From Squalus acanthias (taxonomy: Eukaryota): 64,000 bases of DNA. The translations under genes and the position numbers were made by a program. The stretch lies in contig CM059431.1 of NCBI GenBank assembly GCA_030390025.1, forward strand, positions 129,334,001 to 129,398,000. Direction: 5' to 3'. The notes under the pieces are model-generated. The model searched no databases. It saw only the letters and a program-made list of their open reading frames with translations, and was not told the origin of the DNA. Shown here one piece after another: positions 49,261 to 62,926 of the stretch. The number at the start of each line of letters is the position of its first letter. Position 1 is the stretch's first letter.

Positions 49261-51415
49261 TAGTCTGTGCAGTAGTTGGTTATGTATAGAAGTCTCTGTG
49301 AATATTATTCCAATTGACTTTTCGAATATTGTAAGGCGAATTGACAAATCTGATCTTTGATTTGATACGATTGGTCACACAGCAAGGAAAGAATGGACCA
49401 GAGGACTTTACACCCATATTACAGCGCTACCCCATTACACCAGCCATTGCCTATATTCAGAAAATCGCGTTCGCACGAACGAGCCCGTTATAAGTGGTGG
49501 GGACTGTATCAGGGATCACAAGTCTTCAGCTCTGAGGTTTGACATCATTTATTATCAACTGAGGTGTAGTAAAAAATCCTACGGGCCTTAATCACTTCTC
49601 ACCACTCAATGAAGTAGTGCAAAATCGTAAATTGACATTTCTGAGGCTGCCCAGTCCCTTAATTATTGATTACAATGCTCATTACCTTTTCGGATGGTTA
49701 TGTTTAATGTCTGCAATTAGGTCTCCGTGCTAGACACAAACTATCAGCAATAATGATCAAAGTAGATTTAACAGCCAAAACAAGTTTCCAATTAGTGCTA
49801 ATAGCACTCAAGCATTGTTAAACATAGGCCAATCCTGCTGTCTTATTTAAATTACTTCGATTTTTTCAACAAGTGGCATCGGTAGGCAACAGCATATAGC
49901 ATACAGGTTGAAAACAATCATTAATAAGCTATCCAATCGCTATAATTAACAGTGGTCTGAGATATAAAAAACAAGTTTGACTAAATATGAGGCCTACCAC
50001 TGTTTTGGTAATAAGAGTGAATATAAAGAGCAACACTCCATAGGAATGTGACTCTATCACAATACGCTTCAAGTTGTCTGAAATCTAGATTGTGGCAGGG
50101 GTAAAATGGAATGATAATACTACCACCATTGTACGGAGTGTATATATCTGGAGAGAACAGTACAGGAGAATTACTTCATCCTTCGAGGGGAGTGGTTGAA
50201 TAAACAATTCAGGACTGAGAACTTTCCCTAAGATGCAGGGTAGAAATCCCAGTTTCAGCGAGATAATGACAGGAACAGTGTGCTGAGAAGCATCTTGCCG
50301 ACTTGGAGTGTGCAGCCGTTCTCAACAGATTTCCCACATTACAATAGTGACTCCACTTCAAAAAGTACTTCATTGGCTGTAAAGCGCATTGAGACGTCCG
50401 GTGGTCGTGAAAGGCGCTATATAAATGCAAGTCTTTCTTTCTTTAACTAATCAAACATTTAAGGTGAGCTCCCAACCTCACAGACTGCTTGTGGGAGCTT
50501 GCGTGCACAGAACAGGAGTAGAAAACTTAAAAGCTGTTTTCAGGGCTGCAGCAGTGAATCAAATACTCTTTATTTACTGCTGGCAGACCTGAGTCTGAGG
50601 TTATACATTGGTGAGATTACTTTATGGGTAATTTCTTAGATAGCTGATAAGTTAATAGCTTTAAATAGTCAGTCTATCAAATAGCTGAAGACTACATGTG
50701 TGTGATTAACAATGCTCAGTGTTTACACAACCTCATCTTTTCGAGTGGTGTGTGGTTGAGCTAGGGATAATGGGATGTCATACGAGTAAGAAATGCTTGT
50801 AGTATAAACACAGATCTTCCTGGTGCAATTAACCCAGTGGTTTTATGGCTTTAATTAGTTTATGGCCTTTAGAAGTTTTATGGCCAAATTATTTTGGAAC
50901 TTCCAAGGCCAAAAGCCTGGGTAATGGTTAGCTTTGCTTGTGTTAGCTCAAAGACTTTCCCAGCCTTCAGTTCAACAGCTGAACTCTATTTTGTGTGGTC
51001 AGCTTTCAAGCTACAAACCTCGAAGGCAATTTACTGGGACTGTTCCTACAAATCATCCAACCACAAAACTATCACTTACGGCTGTTGTAATGCAAGCTCA
51101 GCTTGAAATAAAGCACCTCATACACAGTATAACTCTGACCAATGCCTCCAAGAACGAGCATAGCCGCACAGACCCTGGAAGATGCAGATAGTGAGCTTGA
51201 GGAGGTAGCACTGCTATGTCATGTTCTTGTTGCTATTCAGTGACAAAGGAAATGAAAGTGCAGGCCTTATATGTGTCACTTGTTTGATATATGCATGGCA
51301 AGCAAATTTGCAGAAAGTAAGTGCTAACAGACAAGCTGTTTGTAATTGCTTACTGCACTTTCCCATTCTCAAATAGCATAATCCACATTCATTCTGAAGA
51401 GTTCATGCAGGCATT

Positions 51416-53196
51416 GGCCGGAATTTTCTAGGGTGGTAGCGGGTGCGATTAGTGGCGAGTCGGGCGGGAAAGTTGTTATTTTTGACAGCGGGACAGGAAC
51501 CCGCTGTCATCTTGCCCCCACACGCCTTTCCCCCAAGCACATCTGTTATTGCAGAGCCAACCCGACCAGCAGTGGCGGGGGACCCAATTGAGATGATTAA
51601 CAGCTAGTTGTCGGACCCTTAACAGGCTTTTTTAACTTACTTTTAAAATTTAACTGCATGACCACGGCAACCACGCTGCTCAGGAAGCACACCTGTCAAC
51701 CTGAGGCGGGAGTTCCATGGCCATTGCTCCAGCTGATTACTTGACAGCATCAAATGTACAGTAAAAGCTCCCACCTGACAGATGATCACTTTCCTCGGGC
51801 AGAAGCTGTTGCTCAGTCCATTTCCAGCACAGATTCTGCAGGCTGCAAGTCTTTTCAGCAAAGTCTCCATCCAGTGTCACCTCATTGGAAGAACTCTCTC
51901 ACCATTGACAGAATGCTTCTGTCATCTGTACTTCACCTGCCATCTATTCCATCAACATGGGTGCCCTTTATACTCTCTCACCTTGGTCCTCAGAATCGGG
52001 TCACGATGAGCCCCAACACCAGCAGCATCAGGCACACCAGCAGTACCAACAACAACATCAACCTTCTCCGCAATCACCTGATGTTGCACAGGACAGAGGG
52101 CATCAGCACCTGACCACATTGCTGCCCAGGAGGCCAGGGATGGCCAGATTTAGTTAACTTTACGCTGTACACCCTGGCTGTCACATGATGTGCCAGGTTG
52201 GCACCACCCCACACCAACACCATAAAGCATCCCTACAATGCCCAAGCCATTCCTTTCACACTCATCACCATTGCGGGGGGTACCGTTATGTCTCACCATT
52301 CACTGCAACTCACTAAGCCACTTCCAAAGGTGCACACAAATCTGTCCAAGAACGGAAATGTTGAAAATAAAGTTTTTTATGTTTGACACCATATTAACAG
52401 AAACTTTACATAAACATTGGATAAAACACCCAAGTGCCTACCCTTGTGTGTTGTTAGTTGGTATGATTGCACTAGGATGAGGGTGAGTGTGAGGGGTGGC
52501 TAGTTAGATGGGGATGTGATAATGTAGCTAGAGAGAGAGGGATGGGTGGAGGTGCAAGGTATGTTGGTGGAGGAAGGATGTGCAGGAGTAGGGTAGGGAA
52601 GGCAGAGTGATGGGGATGTGATGAGAGGCAAAGCAGGATTAAGTTGAGTGTGGCTCTGTACTAACCTTTCCTGATCTAATGAGATCATTGAAACGTTTGT
52701 GGCACTGCACCCAGGTCCTCCTGACCACATCCATGCTTGTGACCTCCTTTGCAATCTGCAGCCAGGCTGTTTTGGTTTCCTGGGGAGGTCTCTTCCGCCT
52801 ATTGTAAGGGACGAGGACCTCCCTGCGTGCTCTGACTCCCTTCATAAGCATATGGAGGGAGTCATCGGAGAACCTGGGTGCAGCCCTCTGCCTCTGTGCA
52901 GTGATTGTCAGTGTTTGCTGCACTGCAGTGCTGTAGTGCTCTGACAGCACTATGTTAGATTAAACGTCAAATCTAATGTGGCCATGGTCCCTTTACAGAT
53001 CCCGGCTGAAAACGTGCCATGAATGACGTCACCAGACCCGTTCCATTTAATTGGGCCGGGTAATGTGCTGAGCGGGCTTATTAGGCCCTATTAACGTAAG
53101 TTCGTTTTCAGCAGCGGGATGGAGCTAGCAGCGGGGTCTTGATCCACCATGGCCACCGCCCGCAACAGACCCGCCGAGGTAGGCAAAATTCCGGCC
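51416..53196 (-). mobile_element. Uninterrupted family B non-autonomous Harbinger (1781 bp)
   Basis: Perfect 12-bp TIR GGCCGGAATTTT; TSD ATT on both sides; open Myb exon 1 AAPRFSDDSLHMLM...RTWVQCHKRFNDL. Confidence 0.92.
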
Positions 53197-53560
53197 ATTG
53201 TCTTTAGTTAATTATCTGTAGCATGTGATTAAACAGAGAGGAAAAGAATATCTTTTTCAGCATTGTAGAACTGTTCACAAAAATGAATGATAATGGCAGC
53301 TGTATCTAGGCAATAAATTACATGATTGGGAAGCACTAGGTTCATATTCATTGGATGTACACCCAACACACAAAACATTCTTTCAGGTTCACAGCTTTTG
53401 GAGCGTTAGCTGATCATGACCCAAAGTTAGCTTGCAGTTTTGACATACCTGAACCAGTAACTAAGGGTTGAATTGTGTTCCCAGCACAATCAAGTGTTGT
53501 ATTGCCAGCGTAAACTCTCCCCATGCAGAAGTGCACTGACTGTCCTGAAATTTACATTAG

Positions 53561-55535
53561 AATATGAGAGTAAACCAGCAAGAAATATAAAAACAGATTA
53601 TAAGAGCTTCTACAAGTATATATAAAGGAAGAGAGTAGTAAAAGTGAACATAGGTCCCTTAGAGGTTGTGACAGGAGAAATTATAATGGGGAATAAAGAA
53701 ATGGCAGAGACATTAAACAAATATTTTGTATCTGTCTTCACAGTAGAAGAAAAAAAATACCAGAAATAGTGGGGAGCCAAGGGTTTAATGTGACTGAGGA
53801 ACTTCAAGTAATTAATATTAGTAAAGAAAAAGAACTGGAGAAGTTAATGGAACTAAAAGCCAAAAAAACTCCTGGACCTGATGGCCTGCATCCTAAGGTT
53901 CTAAAAGAGGTGGCTGCAGAGATAGTGGATGCATTGGTTGTGATCTTCCAAAATTCCCTAGGTTCTGGAATGGTCCCAATAGATTGGAAGGTAGAAAATG
54001 TAACATCGCTATTCAAGAAAGGAGGGAGAGAGCAAACAGGGAACTACAGGCCAGTTAGCCTGACATCAGTCGTTGGGAAAATGCTGGAATCCATTATTAA
54101 AGAAGGCGTAACAGGGCACTTAGAAAATCAGAATAAGATTAGGAAGAGTCAACATGGTTTATGAAAGGGAAATCGTGTTTGACAAATCTATTAGAGTTTT
54201 TTGAGGATGTAACTAGCAGGGTAGATAAAGGAGAATAAGTGGATGTAGTATATTTGGATTTTCAAAAGGCATTTGATAAGGTGCCACACCAAAAGTTGTT
54301 GCACAAGATACAGGCTCATGGGGCTGGAGGTAATATTTTAGCATGGATTGGTTTAAGGACAGGAAACAGAGAGTAGGAATAAACAGTCCATTTTCAGGTT
54401 GGCAGGCTGTTACCAGTGTGCGGGACCTCAGCTATTTACAATCTATATCAATGACTTGGATGACAGGACCGAATATAAAGTATCCAAGTTTGCTGATGAT
54501 ACAAAGCTAGATGGGTAAGTAAGCTGTGAGGAGGACACAAAGAGCCTGCAAAGGGATATAGACAGGTTAAGTGAGTGGGCAAGAAGATGGCAGATGGAGT
54601 ATAATGTGGGGAAATGTGACATTATTCACTTTGGAAGGAAGAATAGAAAAACAGAATATTTTTTAAATGGTGAGAAAACTATCCAATGTTGGTGTTCAGA
54701 GGGATTTGGGTGTCCTCGTACATGAAACACAGAAAGCAGGTACAGCAAGCAATTAGGAAGAAAAATAGAATGTTGGCCTTTAATGCAAGGGGGTTGGAGT
54801 ACAAGTGTAAGGATGTCTTAGTGCAATTGTACAGGGCTTTGGTGAGACCACACCTGGAGTACTATGTTGAGATTTTGGTCTCCGTACCTAAGGAAGGTTA
54901 TACTTGAATTAGAGGAGTTGTAACGAAGGTTCACAAATTGAATCCTGGAATCAGAGGTTTGTCCTATGAGGAAAGCTTGAGTAGAATGGGCCTATATTCT
55001 CTGGAGTTTAGAAGAATGAGAGGTGATCTCATTGAAACATATAAGATTCTGAGAGGGCTTGACAGGGTAGATGCTGAGAGGCTATTTCCCCTGGCTGAAG
55101 AGTCTAGAACTAGGGGGAGGGGCTATTCTCAGGATATTCTCAGTCAGCCATTTAGGACTGAGAAGAGGAGAAATTTCTTCACTGAGGGTTGTGAACCTTT
55201 GGAATTCTCTACCCCTGAGGGCTGTGGATGCTCAGTTATTGATTTTATTCAAGGCTCAGATCGATAGATTTTTGGGCCTAGAAATTCGTCTCGGGCGGTG
55301 GCGAAAAGCGGGCAGTATCGGATCGGCCGCCCGTTATATGTAACGCCTGATATTTAGTTCCATTGACCCGAGACGAATTTCTAGCCCTTGGACTCTAGGG
55401 AATCAAGGGATATGGGGATTTGATAGGAAAGTGGAGTTGAGGTCGAAGATCAGCCATAATCTTATTGAATGGCGGAGCAGGCTTGAGGGGCCATATGGCC
55501 TACTCCTGCTCCTATTTCTTATGTTCTTATGTTCT
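53561..55535 (+). mobile_element. Decayed CR1 LINE
   Basis: PGPDGLHPKVLKE, NYRPVSLTS, RPHLEY; (TTATGTTC)n tail. Confidence 0.92.
55275..55387. mobile_element. 113-bp Harbinger-type mini-MITE
   Basis: 21-bp TIR with one mismatch; TSD TTG restores CR1 GATTTTTGGAC. Confidence 0.88.
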
Positions 55536-56729
55536 GAATACAGAGAGTGCAGAATAGAACTGAAAGAGGAAATAAAAGTGCAAAAAGAACATATGAGAAA
55601 ACATGAATGGGTAACATAAAAGGGAACTCTAAAGTCTTTTATAAACATTTAGGGGTAAAAGGATAGTCAAAGGAAAGGTGGGGTTGATTAAGAACCTAAA
55701 TGGAAATCCTCCTGTGGAGGCAGAGGGCATGGCTAAGGTACTTAATGAATACTTTACATCTGTCTTCACTTAAGAAGAGGATGCTGCCAATGTTACAGTA
55801 AAGAAGGAGGGAGTAGAGAAATTGGAGAGGATGTACTTAAACCATTGGCAGTGCTCAAAGTGGAAAAGTCACCAGGTCTAAATGGGATGCCTCCCCAGTT
55901 ACTGAGGGAAGTAAGTGTGGAAATAGCTTTGGCCATAATCTTTCAATCCTCCTTGGATATGAGAGTGATGCCAAAGAACCGGAGGTTTGCAAATGTTACA
56001 CGCCTGTTCAAAAAATGGGAGAGAGATAAACTAGATAACTGTAGGCCAGTCAGCCTAATGTCAGTGGTGGAAAAACTTCTAGAGACCATAAACCAAGACA
56101 AAATTAATTGTCACTTGGAAGAACATGGGTTAATAAATGACAGCCAACATGGATTTGTTAAAGGCAAATCATGTCTGATTAATTGAGTTCTTTGATGAAA
56201 TAACAAAGAGGGTTGATGAAGGTAGTGTAGTTGATTTTATGAATATAGGGGGAGAAATTAGGCACCTTAGCGCCTCCCGTTAGCGCCTCCGGGGGGCACT
56301 AACAGGGCGCTACCGGCTTTGCAACCGGGCATGGTGATAGAAAAGCGCCCACGAAATTGAAGTGGAGGTTTGCGGCAGTGGTTACCACTAGTGCCATGCT
56401 CTCCTGCAGCTGGAGATCGTGATGTCATCCAGGTGCGCAGCGCCCCAGCTCTGAAATTCACTCTCGCCCCCTGCCTGAGCACGTGTCATTAGCAACAACA
56501 GGTAGCGGAGGTGGAATGCTGTCGGATGAGCGCTGAGGGAACGCTATATAAAGGCGTCAACTTCCGTTTTATTTTTAGTTGGCAAAGAATGCTGCCTTGT
56601 CAGTTTGACAAAAGCAAACAGGCGTTTTGAGCGATTTGAGCGTTCTCAACTTGAAGGAGTTTTCTGGCTGAGAAAAATTTATCACTTTCATTTGGGTTAC
56701 ATTTGATGGCGCAACATTTCCCTCATTTA

Positions 56730-57848
56730 ATGGGGGCTGTACTGGCACTGGAACTCGCCCTCCAGCGTCACCGTCGGAGGCAGCGAAGGCAGAGAGAAAG
56801 ATTGCAAAATGTGGCCAGAGTGAGGAGGGCCAACAGGGCTCTCAACAGGAGGCCTTACCCTCCCAGCGTATTCCAGCAGCATTTCTCCTACATCAATTTA
56901 ACTGAGGAGCAGTGTCTTAGAAGGCTCCGCTTCACCATGGACATGGTCACAGAGCTCTGCCACCTCCTGCAGCCAGACCTCGAGCCTCACATCAGGAGCA
57001 CCATGGCTCTCTCAGTGGCAGTCAAGGTCACCGTCGCCCTCAATTTCTACGCCAGCAGATCCTTCCAGTGTGCAACAGGAGACATATCTAACATATCACA
57101 GTTCGCCGTCCATTGCTGCATCCTTGAAGTCACAGATGCTCTCTACAGGAGGAGAAGGAGTACATTTCCTTCGCCATGACCAGAGAGAAGCAGCGCGAGC
57201 GTGAATGTGGATTTGCCAGGATAGTGGGCTTCCCCATGGTGCAGGGCGCCATTGACTGCACCCACATCGCTTTGCGGGCACCTCATAACAATCCTGAGGT
57301 ATTCTGTAACCACAAAGGCTACCACTCACTTAATGTGCAGTTGGTGTGCGACCACATCCTGCGGCAGACCAGTGTGCCAGCACTCTTCCAGACACCACAT
57401 CAAGCTAGCGGATGGCTGCTGGGAGACAAGGGCTATCCGCTCTCCACCTGGCTCATGACACCCCTCCGCAACCCCAGCACTCATGCCCAACATTCATTAA
57501 ATGAGAGACATGCTGCCACCAGCAACATCATTGAGCAGACCATCGGAGTGCTCAAGCAACGGTTCCGCTGTCTTGACCGCTCGGGAGGAGCCCTCCAGTC
57601 CTCGGCTGAGTGGGTGTCCCTTTTTGTTGTCGTCTGCTGCATGCTGCGCAACTTGGCCATCATGAGGGCGCAGCCATTGTCATCAGGCATAGCCGCACAA
57701 CCTCAGGAGGAGGAAGAGGAGGACGAGGACGAGGATAAGAAGGAGGAGGAGGAACAGGAGCACAAACATCAGTGACAGATGAGGCCGCCACTCAAAGCCT
57801 TGTGGAAGGGTGGTCCGTGACCTCCTCATCAGACTTCGGTTCCAATGA
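56730..57848 (+). pseudogene. Harbinger transposase pseudogene
   Basis: Colinear with 4585-5745; frameshift near 57160, 19-codon deletion (VCDH|ILRQ) removing the YPGSCHD motif, stop at 57773. Confidence 0.92.
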
Positions 57849-58009
57849 ATTGGAGGCCACTTCCCGGTTGCTCAGCACGTCCCCATCATTCCATCAATTT
57901 CTCATTCCATACCACACCCCAAAGCTGAAATGAGACACAGCCCCAAATCTGCAACATTCCAATAATAAATTTATCCAAATTCAGCAACCACATATATACA
58001 ACAACAATA

Positions 58010-60737
58010 TTGACAAATCACCCTTGTGCAAACCCTTACTTGCCCTCTTTACAGTGCCTTTCCCTAATCTACTGCTCCTATGTAGTGTCTCCCCAGTGGC
58101 TGCAGCAGGGCTGGTGGAAGGCTGCTGAGTGTCAGTGCCAGAGACTACAGATGGCCTTGCAGGATGCCCTCGACCAGCTCTGAGCCTGGACGGCCCGGCT
58201 GTAGACTGCACCACCTCAGGCTGGGTGGTGGCAGTCTGGGCTGGCTGGATGACAGGCAGTGACAAGTGCAATGGCGGAGTGGCAGTGGTGGGATCAGGAA
58301 TGCTGTCATCCTGAGAGAGGACAGCAGGTTCCTGCTCCACTGACCCACTCCCACTCCCCCGGGGCAGCACCTCAGCATCCTTACCAATCTGCTGGAGCAC
58401 AGATTGGTGGGCTGCTGCGACGCCGTGAGATCGCCGGTGGATTGTGGTGGACCAGCAGCAATGGCAGCAACAACAACAACTTGTATTTATATAGCGCCTT
58501 TAACGTAGTAAAACGTCCCAAGGCACTGCACAGGAGTATTATAAGACAAAAAATTTGACACCGATCCACATAAGGATAAATTAGAGCAGGAGACCAAAAG
58601 CTTGGTTAAAGAGGTAGGTTTTAAGGAGCGTCTTAAAGGAGGAAAGAGAGGTAGCGAGGCGGAGAGGTTTAGGCCGGGAATTCCAGAGCTTAGGGCCTAG
58701 GCAATAGAAGGCACGACCACCAAAGGTTGAGCGATTATAATCAGGGATGCTCAGGAGGGCAGAATTAGAGCAGCGTAGATATCTTGGGGACGTTGTGGGG
58801 CTGAAGGAGATTACAGAGATAGGGAGGGGCGAGGCAATGGAGGGATTTGAAAACAAGGATGAGAATTTTGAAATCGAGGCGCTGCTTAACTGGGAGCCAA
58901 TGTAGGTCAGCGAGCACAGGGGTGATGGGTGAACGGAACTTGGTGCGAGTTAGGACACGGGCAGCCGAGTTTTGGATGACCTCAAGTTTACATAGGGTGG
59001 AATGTGGGAGGCTGACCAGGAGCGCGTTGGAATAGTCAAGTCTAGAGGTAACAAAGGCATGGATGAGGGTTTCAGCAGCGGATAAGCCGAGGCAAGGGCG
59101 ACGACGGGCGATGTTACGGAGGTGGAAATAGGCGGTCTTAGTTATGCCATGGATATGTGGTCGGAAGCTCATTTCAGAGTCAAATATGACACCAAGGTTG
59201 CAAACAGTGTGGTTTAGCCTCAGACAGATGTTAGGGAGAGGGATGGAGTCAGTGGCGAGGGAACGGAGTTTGTGGTGGGGACCGAAAACAATGGCTTTCA
59301 GCAGTCAAAGCTTTCACGGCATCAAGCTGAGACTGCATGAGAGCAGTCTGAGACTCGATGCCACCAACCATTGCCTGCATTACAGCACTAAGACATTGCG
59401 TCACTTCCGCCTGTGCTGCAATGGAAGCTGCCACATCACCCATGACATGCGTCATGAGGTCTGGATCCGCACGGTCTCTCTGGGAGTCCACTATCCTCTG
59501 CACAGTGGAACTGATGGGCTCCATGGTGTGCGCAGAGCTCTGTGCAATGTTGGAGGTGGACACCTCCACGCTCCTTACCATTGCCAAGAGGCTCTCGGGC
59601 ACCCTTGCAATTGCACCTATCATCTCGATGTGCATGGCCATCACCCTTCTTGTGATCATTTCCCCATTGAGGTCCTCATCTGAGTCCTGTGCAGCAGAAC
59701 TCACACAAACTCGCCCTCCGGGGAGCTGGCTCCTGAGCTAACCTTTCGCCCTGGACTTGCTGCAGCCCGCTCGTCCCTGGTGCATCACCCTGTGCAGACC
59801 CCTCTACTAAACTTGCCTCTAAAGATCACGTAGTGCCAGTATCTGAGGTGGTGCCTGCGGGTGAGAGATGCAGTGACGCGGTGTTTTGCTCCTCCTCCTC
59901 TTCTCCTTCCTCACCCTCAGTGTGGGGCTCAGGGATAGGCTGGTCATCTGGTTGCTGATTCTCTGAAAGCATAAAAGCACAAGATTCGCGTTAAGGTGAG
60001 GGAAGGGAGGCAGGAAGGGAGCAAGTAATGCAGACAGTATCAGGAGCTGGAAAGTGGGAAAGGCTTGTGGTGTGAGGGGGAAGTGGGATGAGAGAACGAG
60101 AGGGGATGAAGATACCGTTGTTGCCTCCAAGGGGGTCGACGTTGCCGACGGCCACACCGCCCACCACCTGCTGCCGAATGAGTCGCAGCACTCGCTCCTC
60201 CAGGTCTGAAAGCTGCTGGAGCTGCGCATCACCCCCGCCTGTTCTCTGCTGCTCCCTCCTATCTTAGCCTGCAAGAGAAACGAATGTTTGTGAGTCAGAG
60301 TCCAGCTATGTGTTTGGGAGATATTCCTGCCGTAGTTGAATAGCTGTGATTGTAGGCAAGGCGTGAGATGTGGATGTGAGTTTGAGTAGGTGCAGATGCT
60401 TGGTGGGTGAGTGGTGAGGGTGTGGTGGTTTGTGCATTTTGTACAGACTGAGGTTCAGATGCTGGTATGTAGGATCTGTTGAAGCATGTGCTCACCTTGA
60501 CCACCCGAGTGAGGTCGTTGAATTTCTTCTGGCACTGTGTCAGGTTGCATACGACCACACTACTGGCCGAGACCTCCTGGGCCACGTCCCTCCACATTGC
60601 CTGAGGAACTGGGGCAATGGCCTCCTTCCAGTGTCTGGTAACTGCACTGCTCTCCTTCGCTCCACTCCCGCAACCAATGCCTCCAATGCCTCGTCCATGA
60701 AGCGACGAGCTCTGTCCCTGGGAGTGGGATCAGCCAT
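58010..60737 (-). pseudogene. Three-exon Myb/SANT pseudogene interrupted by L2
   Basis: MADPTPRDRARRFMDEALEAL, QCQKKFNDLTRVVK|GTGAG, MHIEMIGAIARVPESL, AVLSQDDSI; frameshifts. Confidence 0.88.
58470..59298 (-). mobile_element. 5'-truncated L2 LINE
   Basis: HAFVTSRLDYSNALL, LHWLPV; (TTG)n tail; possible CAGCA TSD. Confidence 0.92.
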
Positions 60738-61759
60738 CACGATCAGGGGATTGAGTTCCTTGCAGGTCGCCTTCACAGCCATCAATGCTGATAATGAGGA
60801 TCTGCACAATGATGCAACCTCCCCTTTAAGAGCTGGAAGGGGCCAGTGTGAAGGATCATTCCTGATTGCACAGCACCTGAAATTCATTATCGCCCTGCTG
60901 GTAGCGACCCTGTAGCGCCCTGCTTAGGTCATTAGCGCTTGATTTACCACTCCAGCTCTTTCCAGGAGCACTAGAAGCCAATTTAGGGAAACCTCAGACT
61001 CACTAGCGCCTGGCGCTAATTTTTCACGATTTCAAAATTTAGCACCCTAAACAGGGCGATACCGAATTTCTCCCCCACAGTCTTTCAAAAGGTGTTTGAT
61101 GAAGTGCTATATAAGAGATTATTAGCAAAATTCAAGCCCATGGGAGTAAAGGAGCAGTGGCAGCGTGGATAAGAAATTGGCAGAGACAGAAAGTGGAGAG
61201 TAGTGGTAAACGGTTGTTTTTTGGACAGGATGGAAGTATAGAGTGGTGTCCCCCAGGGGTCGGTATTAAGACCACTGCTTTTTTTGATATATAATAATGA
61301 TCTGGACTTGGGTACACAGGGCATAATTTCAAAGTTTGCAGATGACACAAAGCTTTGAAATGTAGTAAACAGTGAGGAGGAATGCAGCAGACTTCAGGAG
61401 GACATAGACAGACTGCTGAAATGGACAGACACATGCCAGATGTAATTTAATGCAGAGAAGTGTGAAGTGATGCATTTTGGAAGGAAAAATGATGAGAGGC
61501 AATATCACCTAAATGGTTTACATGCACAAATCTTTAAAGGTGGCAGGACAAGTTATTAAAGCTATTAAAAATGTATACGGGATCCTGGGCTATGTAAATA
61601 GAGGCATAGAGTACAAAAGCAAGGAAGTTATGCTAAATCTTTATAAATCACTGGATAGACCTCAGCTTGAGTATTGTGTCCATTTCTGCTCCTCCTCGGC
61701 CTTCAAAGAAACACCAGCCAGCTGCTCGCCCATTCGAGGCCCTCCCCTCTCCCAGGGAT

Positions 61760-62610
61760 CACCTCCATCCCAGTTACTGCATGAGGACCTGCAGCTACTG
61801 TCATCTACTCTGTCTGCGGCTATGAAGAAACGTCTGCACTCGACGTTTACAGCGCCAAGTCATTTCACAAAACCATGGGAGATCTCTGCAATATCAGCCA
61901 GAGTGCAGTATGGGGATTTATCTGTCAGGTGACTGATGTACTTTTAAGGAGACCTGGGTAATTAATTCAGTTTGGCATCACAACAAGTCAGCAAGATAGG
62001 ACCATCCAGATTTACGGGGTTGCTGCTTTCCCAAGGTTCAGGGTGCAATCAATGGCACCCGCATTGTGTAGGAGCTCCTACAATCAATTTCCTTGATTTT
62101 CTCAAACAGAAAGGACTTCCACTCCTTGAATGTACAGACTGTCGGGTTGATTTTCACTGTAAGTCGTCGATCAGCTGTCAATTGGGCAATTGGGCGGCGT
62201 ACATAACAGACAGCCAATCTGCTATTGCCAGTTTTTCCACCACTACCTAAAGTGAAAATCTAACCCTGTATGTGGCAATATACAAAGAATCCTACACATC
62301 AATGCGCGATTTACTGGAGGTTACCACAGGTCATTCATCCTTTGGAATTCGGCTATCCCTGACCTCTTCGAAAATCATGACAGCAGATCATGCCACCTAC
62401 TCCCAGGGACAATGACCCTATTAAGAGTTGCCCAAAGAGCAGGAGAGGAGCTCTACACTAAGGCAAATGTCTCGACTAGAATGATCATCAAGAGGATCAT
62501 TGGGGTCTTAAAAGGGTACCGTAAGTGCCTCAACATGTTGGGAGGGTCTCTGCTGTATGCTCCAGCTCATGTATCTGACATAGCTGTACCCTGAGTTGTA
62601 TTGAAAAAGC
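61760..62610 (+). pseudogene. Old Harbinger transposase remnant
   Basis: GDLCNISQ, FPKVQGAI-like segment, IIKRIIGVLK...GGSLLYAP. Confidence 0.7.
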
Positions 62611-62654
62611 TTGGCCATAGATATTCCCAGGGAGATGACCCTAGCAGCTTCAGA

Positions 62655-62926
62655 GACAGAAGTTTTGGGCAAGAGATACAGGGGGATGTGAGGAAAATCT
62701 TTTTTACACAGTGAGTGGTGGTGACCTGGAATTCACTGCAGACGGAAGTGGTGGAAGCAGAGACACTCAATGCTTTCAAGGGGAGACTGGATAGGCACTT
62801 GAGGGAAATAAACTTGCAGGGATACGGGGATAGAGGGGGGGAATGGGACTGACTGGATTGCTCCACAGAGAGCCGGCACGGACTCGATGGGCCGAATGGC
62901 CTCCTCCTGTGCCGTTATGACTCTAT
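62655..62926 (+). mobile_element. CR1 3' end with (ATGACTCT)n tail
   Basis: GGACTCGATGGGCCGAATGGCCTCCT; tail resumes at 63820. Confidence 0.85.

Larger units (their letters stand above)
56248..61076. mobile_element. Decayed two-gene Harbinger related to family A (opposite orientation)
   Basis: Perfect 12-bp TIR GGGGGAGAAATT; TSD ATA/ACA. Confidence 0.92.
55536..61690 (+). mobile_element. Older CR1 split by the 56248-61076 Harbinger
   Basis: KGKSCLIN before the insert; FQKVFDEV and RPQLEYCV after it. Confidence 0.85.

Noticed and set aside
49400..49508. Possible Tc1/pogo-type MITE ending GGGGACTG-TA
   Set aside because: Only one convincing terminus
51080..51174. Possible 95-nt minus-strand exon (TTCCAG...GTAAGT) with one open frame
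   Set aside because: No recognisable protein and no partner exons; needs RNA-seq
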